From an uncultured delta proteobacterium (lineage in GTDB: Bacteria > Myxococcota > Myxococcia > Myxococcales > Anaeromyxobacteraceae), in contig CAWJSR010000015.1 of the NCBI GenBank assembly GCA_963845515.1, positions 64,001 to 128,000 of the forward strand: 64,000 bases of DNA, read 5' to 3'. A program made the position numbers and the translations under genes. The notes under the pieces are model-generated. The model was given only the letters and a program-made list of their open reading frames with translations. It was not told the origin of the DNA and searched no databases. This document shows, piece after piece, positions 52,087 to 60,893 of the stretch (position 1 is the stretch's first letter; every line of letters starts with the position of its first letter).

Positions 52087-53419
52087 ACAACACCACCCCG
52101 GAGATGCATGTGTCGTCGTACTTCGTCCCTCTGCGGACCTCTAGGATCGTGATCTTCAGACCGGTGACCGGCTTGTCGTAGCCGATGACCGGGATCAGCT
52201 GGGAGTAGGGCTTGTCAGCCAATTCGGCGGTGAAGCGGTGCTCACCGTTCAAGAGGACTTCCACGCGGGCGGGGCGTGCGTTCACCTCGAAGAGCGCCTT
52301 CTTCTTCTGTGACCAGAAGCCAGGCGTGATCTCGAGCGCGAGGAGCCGGCTCGGTCTAGTCGGGGTGAGCTCTACCCACTCCCCGATTCCGAGGCCCGGG
52401 ACCCCGTCGCACCACGGGGCCACCGGCTCCGCCTCAGCGAGGTGCCGCGCGCGGAAGTCGTGGTCCTTCGCCGGGGCCAGAGTGGAACTCGCCCTCGCCT
52501 TGAAGCGTTGATGCCCCTCACCCCAAGCGCCCATTCGCTCCAGGTAGCTTCGAACGCCCTTCTCCATCAGGGCCTCGTACACGAAGCCCTGCCTGAAGTA
52601 GCCGGGGGCGGCCTTTATGGAGATGTCGTCCGCGAGCGTCGGCTCGAGGTCCTGGAACGTCCAAGTCCACCGACCGCCGTCGCGCTTGAAGCTCTCGCGG
52701 GGAGCGATGATCTCGACTTCGTCGGCGGGGGTGCCGTCGGCGGTGACCGTGACCGTGCCCCTGCCGATGCTTCCATTCCAGACGGCACCCGTGGAGAGGC
52801 GATAGACGAAGGACAGGGGCGACTTGCGAGTGTCGTCGCTGACGTACATGACGTCGCCCATGTAGTCGGCCGAGTAGCGGATCTCGATGTTCAGGCTGGC
52901 TGAGGTGGGAAACGTCACCTCCGAAACCATCCAGCCCGCGATCTTCTTCAGGGCGCCAGAGCCTGGAAACGGGGTGATTCTTCCCGTCGCGAACGGCTCC
53001 ACCTCGAAGACGGACTTTACCGGCGCGCCGTCGAGCGCGACCGAGTAGCCCTTCAACTGCTGGATGCCCTGCACCAGGCGCTGCCGACGCTGCGCCGGAG
53101 TCAGCGAGTCGAGGTCCTCGAAGCCCGTCTCCTCGCCGTCAGCGAGAGCCGTCGCCTCCACGGGGAATCCGAACCGGACGGTGACCGGCTCCGACGTGAG
53201 GTTCTGCATCGCGTATCGAACGACGACCGCCGCCTCGGCGCGGTGCAGGACGATGTCGAGCTTCTCCTCCAGGATGCGAACCTTCTCCGTACCGACCGCC
53301 TGGAAGGGCGCGAGGCTGCCGGTGAATGAGACGCCGAAGGAGTACCCGCCGCCGTTGGCGAGGGCGCTGCCAGCCCAGAGCAGGGGGAGCAGGACCGACC
53401 ACCGGTGTGCTCGGCTCAT
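52043..53419 (-). CDS. Secreted DUF4424-like protein with C-terminal discoidin/NADase-type glycan-binding-like domain
   Basis: Signal peptide; EEKLDI...Y.MQN...FGFP, YRLSTGAVWNGSI; C-terminal WCDG..G.GEWVEL...DTCIS. Confidence 0.65.
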   Translation of the reverse strand: MSRAHRWSVLLPLLWAGSALANGGGYSFGVSFTGSLAPFQAVGTEKVRILEEKLDIVLHRAEAAVVVRYAMQNLTSEPVTVRFGFPVEATALADGEETGFEDLDSLTPAQRRQRLVQGIQQLKGYSVALDGAPVKSVFEVEPFATGRITPFPGSGALKKIAGWMVSEVTFPTSASLNIEIRYSADYMGDVMYVSDDTRKSPLSFVYRLSTGAVWNGSIGRGTVTVTADGTPADEVEIIAPRESFKRDGGRWTWTFQDLEPTLADDISIKAAPGYFRQGFVYEALMEKGVRSYLERMGAWGEGHQRFKARASSTLAPAKDHDFRARHLAEAEPVAPWCDGVPGLGIGEWVELTPTRPSRLLALEITPGFWSQKKKALFEVNARPARVEVLLNGEHRFTAELADKPYSQLIPVIGYDKPVTGLKITILEVRRGTKYDDTCISGVVLYDRLAAKPAVQPAR

Positions 53420-53556
53420 CGATGACTCTCCCAAAGATTGGCGAAGGTTCAAGGTTCGTCAGCAGGCAACGCGCGAGTCTACTCTGGGAGCAGTGAAGTG
53501 GAAGTTCAGACGGGATGAACCTCGGGCTCCTAACCCCCGCCCGGACCTGGGCCAGC

Positions 53557-54234
53557 TCAACGCCCGAGCCTTCGAACCCCCGTGCGAACGACCCTCTCCG
53601 CTTCGAGCATCTCTTCCACCGACAGCTCGAACTTCCTGTCGGGACGCGCGCCCCTCCAGGCGAACTCGCGCCACAGCGCGAGCACCGCGGGTCCCTGTCC
53701 GCGGAAGCGTGTGCGGCGGTCGAGCTCGCGAGTCCAGGTGAGCAACGCTAGGGCGCGGCTGAGCGGCGTAGCCTGATCGAGCAGCGGCTCCAGCTCCGCC
53801 CGGAAGAGGGCCAGCCCCTCCTCGGCGGCCAGCTCCTCCAGGCAGTCGACCTTCAGCTGCTCGGCGAGCCGACGGTCCTCGCCGGACGGCGTGCGCGCCC
53901 TGAGGTTGGGGACCGCGACTAGATAGGTGCAGAAGCCGCAGGGGCAGCCGTCGCTCACCCGCTTCGTCGAGGCGAGCACGAAGGAGGTCGTCAGGTACGA
54001 GGCGAAGAGGTGGGCGAGCGGCTCGAGCCCTCTCTCGGGCGGCCGCGCGTCCACGGGGAGCGCGCTCGCGTTTCGCCGCAACCACTCGACGGCGGCTGCG
54101 CCCGCGTCGAGTGAGCCGTGCATGGCCCCCAGGCGCAAACTTCCGGACTGCACCCTTGCGTTGACCCATCGAAGCAGGGCGTAGCTGCGCCGCTGCAGGT
54201 CGAGGAGCTCGTCGAGCCTTTCGCGCGTGAACAT
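53557..54234 (-). CDS. Hypothetical protein downstream of rtcA
   Basis: RBS ggggga, starts 26 nt after the rtcA stop; CPCGFC motif. Confidence 0.7.
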   Translation of the reverse strand: MFTRERLDELLDLQRRSYALLRWVNARVQSGSLRLGAMHGSLDAGAAAVEWLRRNASALPVDARPPERGLEPLAHLFASYLTTSFVLASTKRVSDGCPCGFCTYLVAVPNLRARTPSGEDRRLAEQLKVDCLEELAAEEGLALFRAELEPLLDQATPLSRALALLTWTRELDRRTRFRGQGPAVLALWREFAWRGARPDRKFELSVEEMLEAERVVRTGVRRLGR

Positions 54235-54260
54235 GATGATCCCCCTGGAAGACTCGTCGA

Positions 54261-55292
54261 TCAGCGCCGCGCCGGAACCTCGATCTCCCAGGCGTCCTCC
54301 CCGACCTCGCTCGCCTGGATCTCCGAGCCCAGGAAGGTCCGGAGCAGCTCGACGTGCGTCCGCGTGTGGCCCGTCGGCTTCGTGGTGCGGAACCGCCCGC
54401 CGCCGCCGAGCGCCATCGGCAGGAGGAGCTGGTCGGCGAGGTGGCTTCCCACCGGGACCCCTGCCGCCAGGTACGCCGCCGCCTCCCCGGCGACCCGCGC
54501 CCCCACCTGCTCGGCCGAGACTCCCCTCTCGCCGAAGCCGGTGAAGAGCTCAGTCACGTTGGCGCTCTCGAGCTCCACGCAGACCACGTTGCCCGGGCCC
54601 ACTGCCTTCGCGACCGACTCGACGTGGCAGGTGGACTCGTCCCACCCGAGCCGCTCGCGGACCGCCTTCAGCTCCCGCTCGGCGATCGTCCTCGGGAGGA
54701 GCGCCACGACGGCGGTCGCCTTGCGCGCACGGAGCTCGCCTCGCTCGACGAGCTCGAGTCGCCCGAACGCGGGCGCGGCCTCGATGGCGACGGCGAACCG
54801 GCCTCCACCGGCCGGGTAGAACCCGGGCTGCTCGAGCGTCGCGGTGCAGCGCGGCCCCATCCGGGCGACGAGCGGGAGGAACGCGCGCGCGAGGAAGTCG
54901 AAGGGCGGCGCCATCGGGTTGTGCGTCCCACCCTCGACCGTGACGGTCGAGTAACCCTTCGAGAGCGCGAGCGCTGGGAAGATCGTCTGGAAGACGAGCG
55001 TCGCGCTCCCCGCGGTCCCAACCGAGAAGCGGAAGTCGCCGCTCCGAACCGGTCCGGGCTCGAAGGTGAGGTCGCGCGCCCCGATGTCCGCACCCTTCAC
55101 GTGAGCCTGGCCCACCGTCGCCGCGGCCTGCACGGCGGTGAGGTGCTGGCGCATGAGGCCGGGGCGCTTGCGCCCGGCGCGGATGTTCACGATCCGGAAC
55201 GGCGTCCCGGTGACCAGGGAGAGGGCGAGCGCCGAGCGCAGGACCTGCCCGCCCCCCTCCCCGTTCGCGCCGTCGATCTCGATCATCGCCAT
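54261..55292 (-). CDS. rtcA: RNA 3'-terminal phosphate cyclase
   Basis: IDGANGEGGGQVLRSAL, GLMRQHL, GTAGS, GGTHN, GFYPAGGG, HLADQL. Confidence 0.97.
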   Translation of the reverse strand: MAMIEIDGANGEGGGQVLRSALALSLVTGTPFRIVNIRAGRKRPGLMRQHLTAVQAAATVGQAHVKGADIGARDLTFEPGPVRSGDFRFSVGTAGSATLVFQTIFPALALSKGYSTVTVEGGTHNPMAPPFDFLARAFLPLVARMGPRCTATLEQPGFYPAGGGRFAVAIEAAPAFGRLELVERGELRARKATAVVALLPRTIAERELKAVRERLGWDESTCHVESVAKAVGPGNVVCVELESANVTELFTGFGERGVSAEQVGARVAGEAAAYLAAGVPVGSHLADQLLLPMALGGGGRFRTTKPTGHTRTHVELLRTFLGSEIQASEVGEDAWEIEVPARR

Positions 55293-55294
55293 GG

Positions 55295-56547
55295 CTACCC
55301 CTTCACGCAGACGACCTGGCGCAGCGTGTGGAGGACCTCGACAAGGTCCCGCTGCGCGTTCATCACCGCGTCGATCGACTTGTACGCGCCCGGCGTCTCG
55401 TCGATCACGTCGGCGTCCTTGCGGCACTCGATCCCCGCCGTCGCGCGGACGTGGTCGTCGAGCGTGAACGCCTTCTTCGCCGCGGTGCGGGACATCGCGC
55501 GCCCCGCGCCGTGGCTGCAGCTCGTGAACGACTCGGCGTTCCCGAGGCCGCGGATGATGAACGAGCGGGCGCCCATGGAGCCCGGAATGATCCCGGCGTC
55601 GCCGAGCCGCGCGCGCACCGCCCCCTTCCGCGTCACGAGGACGTTCTTCCCGAAGTGGCTCTCCCGCGCGACGTAGTTGTGGTGGCAGTTGACCCGCTCG
55701 CCCTCCAGCTCGAAGGCCGGCAGGTGACCCGAGCGCGCCAGCGCCGAGACGATCGCGTCGAGCATCAGCTCCCGGTTCGTCGCCGCGTACTCCTGCGCCC
55801 ACGTCGCGGCGTGCAGGTAGTCCTCGAACTGATCGGTTCCCTCCGGCAACCAGGCCAGGTCGGGATCCGGAAGGTCGAGGAACCAGCGCCGCGCCTCGCG
55901 CTTCGCCAGCGCCACGAAGTCGGTCCCGATCCGGTTCCCGACGCCGCGCGAGCCGGAGTGGAGCATCACCCAGACCTGGTCGGCCTCGTCGAGGCAGAGC
56001 TCGATGAAGTGGTTTCCGGTGCCGAGCGTTCCGAGCTGCTCGATCGTCGGGCCGCGGTCGATCTTCGGGTACTTCGCGACGATGGCCCGGTACCCGGCCT
56101 CGAGCTTCGCCCAGGCCCCGCGCACCGGCGCCGGCGGATTGCCCCACGCACCCTTGTCGCCACGGCCGCCATGGTTGGTGCGGCCGTGCGGCACCGCGCG
56201 CTCGATGGCGTCACGCAGCGGGCTTGAGATCAGCAGGAAGGTCGCGACGCGCGCAGCGTCGTCCGGACCGCCATCATCCCGCAGCCGATGTCGACGCCGA
56301 CCGCCGACGGCATCACTGCGCCGGTCGTCGCGATGACGCTCCCCACCGTCGCACCGAGCCCCGCGTGGACGTCGGGCATCACCGCGACCCACTTGTAGAC
56401 GAACGGGAGGGAGGCGACGCGACGGACCTGCTCGCGCGCCTTCTCCTCGAACGGGACGCCGACGGTCCAGGACCGCACGGGGACTCCGCCGGGGACGTTC
56501 TCGATCTCGTGGGTGCGCTCGCTCTGGGTCGTCATCGCGTTCTCCAT
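55295..56547 (-). CDS. rtcB: RNA-splicing ligase RtcB (frameshift near 56250)
   Basis: MPDVHAGLGATVG, GVDIGCG, GTLGTGNHFIE, HSGSRG, HHNY, HGAGR, DETPGAYK, VCVKG. Confidence 0.96.
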
Positions 56548-56560
56548 GCCCGTTCACCAG

Positions 56561-56577
56561 AGCAGCCGGCGTGCCAG
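56561..56577 (-). promoter_or_regulatory. Sigma54 (-24/-12) promoter of rtcBA
   Basis: Minus strand CTGGCACGCCGGCTGCT, GG-N10-GC, adjacent to the sigma54 activator gene rtcR. Confidence 0.85.
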
Positions 56578-56637
56578 CGTCGCCGGCGGATTCTACGAGG
56601 AGTTTCGCGGGTCCGTCGGAGCCGTCGCGCGCGCCTT

Positions 56638-56651
56638 TATCTCGTCAGATA
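56638..56651. promoter_or_regulatory. Candidate RtcR upstream activating sequence
   Basis: TATC-tcgtca-GATA palindrome; same motif at 60478. Confidence 0.6.
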
Positions 56652-56671
56652 GTGCTGCTAGTCCTTGGGAT

Positions 56672-58284
56672 ATGGCTCGCCGCAAGAAGGTCGTCATCGG
56701 GCTCCTCGGCACCACGCTCGACCTGGGCAAGCAGTCGCAGCGCTGGGACCGCTGGCGCCCCACCGTCGCGCTCTGCCAGCACGAGGACCTGCTCGTGGAC
56801 CGGCTGGAGCTCCTCTCCTCCCGGCGCTACGCCTCCCTCGCCAAGCGGGTCACCGACGACATCCGGCAGGTCTCCCCCGAGACCGAGGTGGTCCACCGGG
56901 AGCTCGAGTTCGAGGACGCCTGGGACCTCGAGGAGGTCTACGGCTCGCTCTTCGACTTCGCGCGCGCCTACCCGTGGGCGCCCGAGAAGGAGGACTACTT
57001 CGTCCACATCACGACCGGCACCCACATCGCGCAGATCTCGATGTTCCTCCTCGCCGAGGCGCACCACATCCCGGCGCGGCTCCTCCAGACCTCGCCGCCG
57101 ACCCGCGGGCAGACTGGAGTGGCGGGGACCTACGCGATCATCGACCTCGACCTCTCCAAGTACGACCGGATCGCCGCCCGCTTCCGTCGCGAGCAGAAGG
57201 AGGGGCTCTCCTTCCTCAAGTCCGGCATCGACACCCGCAACGCCGCCTTCAACCGCGCTCATCGAGCGGATCGAGCAGGTGGCGATCCGCTCGCGGGATC
57301 CGCTGCTGCTCATGGGGCCGACCGGCGCCGGCAAGTCGCAGCTCGCGCGGCGGATCTACGAGCTGAAGAAGGGCGCGACGCCAGGTGGCCGGGGAGTTCG
57401 TGGAGGTCAACTGCGCCACGCTACGCGGCGACGGCGCCATGAGCGCCCTCTTCGGCCACGTGAAGGGGGCCTTCACCGGCGCGCGTCGGCGACCGGCCGG
57501 GGCTCCTTCGCAAGGCGGACGGCGGCATCCTCTTCCTCGACGAGATCGGCGAGCTCGGGTCCGACGAGCAGGCGATGCTGCTGCGCGCCGTCGAGGAGAA
57601 GGCCTTCTTCCCGGTCGGCTCGGACCGCGAGGTCCGGAGCGACTTCCAGCTCATCGCCGGCACCAACCGCGACCTGCGCCGCGACGTGGAGCAGGGGCGC
57701 TTCCGCGAGGACCTGCTCGCCCGCATCGACCTCTGGGCGTTCCGGCTCCCCGGGCTTCGCGATCGGCCGGAGGACATCGCGCCGAACCTCGAGTACGAGC
57801 TCGACCGCTGGGCCCAGGCGAGCGGCGAGGCGGTGACCTTCAGCCGCGAGGCGCGCGAGCGGTTCCTCGCCTTCGCGGGCGGGCGCGACGCGCTCTGGAC
57901 CGGCAACTTCCGGGACTTCAACGCGGCCGTCCGCCGGATGTCGACGCTCGCCTCGGGCGGCCGGATCACCGGGGAGATCGTCGACGAGGAGATCGCCCGG
58001 CTGCGCGAGGCGTGGCGGCGCGACGGGTCGCCACCCGGTGGCGGGCTGGTGGACGAGCTGCTCGGCGTGCGCGCGCAGCGGAGGTCGATCCGTTCGACCG
58101 GGTCCAGCTCGAGGAGGTGCTGCGCGTCTGCCGGAGCGCGCGGTCGCTCTCGGACGCGGGGCGAACGCTCTTCGCGGTGTCGCGGACGAAGAAGAGCTCC
58201 TCCAACGACGCCGACCGGCTGCGGAAGTACCTGGCGCGCTACGGGCTGGCGTGGAAGGACGTGGCGGGCGAGGCCGGCGGGTGA
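56672..58284 (+). CDS. rtcR: Sigma54-dependent RNA-repair activator RtcR (about four frameshifts)
   Basis: RWDRWRPTVALC, HITTGTH, LKSGIDTRN, GPTGAGKS, LFGHVKGAFTGA, FLDEIGEL, NDADRLRKYL in successive frames. Confidence 0.93.
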
Positions 58285-58305
58285 GGGCGGACGGCTCGCG
58301 CGGGA

Positions 58306-58442
58306 CGACGGAGCGCCGGCGAGTGGGCGCCGAGACGGACTGCGCGGCCAGCTGAGCTCGCGGGGCACATGGCTGCGCCCGCGCCAGGGACTCGAACCCG
58401 GCGAAGGACCATGTAGTCCCGGCAGCATCCGGCGCTCCGTCG
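58306..58442 (-). ncRNA. Y RNA-like element C (YrlA-like, divergent tRNA-mimic domain)
   Basis: Perfect 14-bp terminal stem (58306-58319/58429-58442); inner GCCGGGAC/GTCTCGGC stem; T-loop GGTTCGAGTCC then closed acceptor-like stem then degenerate D-arm. Confidence 0.78.
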
Positions 58443-58467
58443 CGGCCGTCCGGTTCCGATGGTGAAC

Positions 58468-58609
58468 GGACGGACCGCCGGCGAGGTGGTGCCGAGACAT
58501 GTCCTGCTCTGCCGGCTGAGCTACCCGGGGTAACGGTCCCCGCGGCAGGATTCGAACCTGCGACCCGGCACGTATGAGTGTAGTCCCGGCTGCATCCGGC
58601 GCTTCGTCC
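58468..58609 (-). ncRNA. yrlA: Y RNA, YrlA type (element B)
   Basis: Minus strand GCAGG-TTCGAAT-CCTGC T-arm, loop-closed acceptor stem, TAGCTCAGCCGGCAGAGC D-arm (permuted tRNA order), inside paired ends; downstream of Ro60 gene. Confidence 0.88.
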
Positions 58610-58629
58610 ATCCAGCGAACCGATACGAC

Positions 58630-58753
58630 TGCGAAGGGAGCCGACGAGGACTTCGCCGAGAGACGTTATCATTCCTAGCGAGTGTAGCTCCCTCGGCCGG
58701 GGCGATCCGGACCGATGATCCGATGTCCCGGCCGGCATCCGCGCGCTCACGCA
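58630..58753 (-). ncRNA. Y RNA-like element A lacking a tRNA-like domain
   Basis: Shares GGATGC..GCCGGGAC, CTACACTC and GTCT(CT)CGGC..TCG(T/C)CGGC motifs with elements B/C; boundaries uncertain. Confidence 0.5.
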
Positions 58754-58755
58754 TC

Positions 58756-60320
58756 TCAGACCTTCACCTCCTCGATGACCTTCGCCCAGTGCTCCGCGTC
58801 GCCGAGCCCGTCGCGCCGGAACGCGGCGATGACCTCGAACACCTGGTCCGAGAAGCCGCCGACGTTGAGGACGTCGTCGCCGGTCCGCGGCCTGCGTGGT
58901 CGCCGTAGCGGCTGCAGGTCGATGCAGACCAGCCTGGCGCCCGGGTTGCGCGCCTTGAACGCGCGACCACTCCTTCATCGTCGCCGTGCCGCGCCCCGCG
59001 CCGGACGTCGATCCAGGACTCGTTGTCCGACACGTAGATCACCAGGTCTCCCTTCGCCCGCGCCGGTTCAGCTCCGCGAGCGGCGCGCTGCAGTTGGTGC
59101 CGCCGCCGCCGAGCGCCGCGAGCGCCGCGGCGTTGGTCGTCACCGTGTCGCGCGGGTTCGAGCCGCGCCTGCTTCACGCCCTCCGCGAACGGCAGCACCT
59201 CCGCCGTCCGGGTTCTTGCGGAGGAGCGCCGCCGTCACGAGCGCCGCCACGTCGAGGCAGGTCACCTTCGTCGTCGCGCCCCGGCGGTGACCGGTCACCG
59301 GCGAGCTCATCGAGCCGGAGGTGTCCGGGCAGACGTAGACCTTGCCCGTCCACCGCCGGCACGTTGCTGCCGTGGCGATCTCCATCGCGTCGCCGAGCGC
59401 CTCCTTCACCGCGCCGCGGCACGTCGCTCGCCATCGTCCAGGCCGCGAGGAGCTGGTACGGGAAGACCCGCGCCCGGCGGATGGCCTCGGCGGTCGCGCA
59501 GCTTCGCCGCGATCGCCTCGGTCACCCCCTCCTCCTCGAAGACACCGTGCCGCGCGAAGGTGGCCAGGTTCATCCGCGATCGTCTGCCAGCTCGCCGGCG
59601 CGCGATGGCCGCCCACTCCTGGCGCCCGAGCGGCAGCGCCGTGAGGATGAGGAACGGGACGTCCGGCACCTCGGCCGTCGCGCCCGCCTTGAAGGCCTCG
59701 TAGGCCCTCACGACGGCCGGCAGCAGCTGCGCGTCGTGGGCCCGCCCGAGCAGGTAGCCGTAGAAGGCGCGGCGCTCGGCGGTGGCCGGCTTCGGGTGGA
59801 CCATCTTCACGACGTCCGCCAGCGACGGGTCCTGGCCGACCGAAGCGCGGAAGAGCTGGTCGCCGTCGCGCGCCGCGAGCCACTCGCGGACGAGCCGCTT
59901 CGGCCGCGAGCCGAGCGACTTGCGCCCGACGACGCCGGACCGGACGATCTGCACGAAGGTGCGGAGCATCCGGGCGTCGGTGACGACGCGCGGGAAGGCC
60001 GCGGCGAAGGCGTCCGGCGCGCGCGCCGAGAGGTGGGCGAGCAGGAGCGCCGGCATGTCCTTCATGAAGGCCCGCTCGCGGGCGTAGACGGCCGTCTTCG
60101 CCACGAAGTCGGCGTCGACGTCGGCGGCGAGGGCGAGCACCTTCTCGAGCTGCTCGCCGGCGGAGGCGTAGAAGGTCCCGTTCAGGCAGCCGGTCGCGGC
60201 GTACTGCGCGAGCGCGCCCTTCGGCGAGCGCGCGTAGGCCCGGCCGCCCGCCTCGTTGACGGCGGCGGCGCGCGGCAGGAGCTTCCCGGCGATCGAGCTG
60301 AAGAGCGACTTGTTGGCCAT
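58756..60320 (-). CDS. rsr: Ro60/TROVE-domain RNA-binding protein (multiple frameshifts)
   Basis: MANKSLF, NEAGG.AY, LAQYAATGCLNGTFY, MKDMPALL, MNLATFARHGVF, vWA MIDAS CPDTSGSMSSP, VSDNESW, LNVGGFSDQVF. Confidence 0.92.
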
Positions 60321-60398
60321 GACGTTCCCTCCGTCCCCGCCGCCGCTCGGCCCGCTGATTCGGGCCGAGCGGCGGACGCGTGCGACGCAGACGGAGAA

Positions 60399-60415
60399 AG
60401 CAGCCGGCGTGCCAG
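60399..60415 (-). promoter_or_regulatory. Sigma54 (-24/-12) promoter of the Ro60-Y RNA unit
   Basis: Identical to the rtcB promoter over 19 nt (agcagccggcgtgccagcg on + strand). Confidence 0.85.
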
Positions 60416-60477
60416 CGGGCCGCGGCAGCTAACACTCCGGATTCGTTGGGGCGGACGGCAGGGAATGGCGGCGCGTG

Positions 60478-60491
60478 TATCCCTATGGATA
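60478..60491. promoter_or_regulatory. Candidate RtcR upstream activating sequence
   Basis: TATC-cctatg-GATA at near-identical distance from its sigma54 site as the 56638 copy. Confidence 0.6.
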
Positions 60492-60505
60492 AGATGGCGA
60501 GATGT

Positions 60506-60893
60506 TCAGCTAAGGCTATTGAAGCCTCGCCGCCTCAGCTCCACCAGCCACGCCTCAATCTCGGCGACGTTGGGAGGCTCCTCGGGGAGCACCGTGTGGG
60601 ACAGGGCGGCATCGAGGACGTCGAAGGCGCGGCCGACCTCCCTTCGCCACCGCTCCGCGACCTCGGGCGCTAGCTCCGTCCGCTCCCCGCGCCGCTTCGC
60701 TTCCACGAGCTCACGCGCTGCTGCGAAGCCGTGCTCGTCGAGCAGGAGCGTGACGTCCGTCTCGATCTGGCCAGTGAGGAGCGCGTGCGTGCCGGCCGGA
60801 GAGGGCGACGACGAGATGGCGCCGGGCGGCCGACTCCTCGTCGAGCGCCCGATCTGCGACGGCCCGCTGCCTGGGATCGAGGACGTCGCTCAC
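60506..60893 (-). pseudogene. Second nucleotidyltransferase gene with large internal deletion
   Basis: GTG start overlapping upstream stop; ...RHLVVALSG joins out of frame to GTHALLTGQIETD...ELVEAKRRGE near 60795; catalytic core missing. Confidence 0.7.

Noticed and set aside
58500..58570. tRNA gene or tRNA-derived att site
   Set aside because: T-arm precedes D-arm, there is no anticodon loop or CCA end, and no integrase is nearby; it fits a YrlA-type Y RNA
58306..58753. CRISPR array
   Set aside because: Units are 120-140 nt structured paralogues, not identical repeats with unique spacers; no cas genes in the window
56672..60320. Programmed ribosomal frameshifting in rtcR/Ro60
   Set aside because: Too many shifts, no slippery sites, and the same pattern occurs in unrelated housekeeping genes
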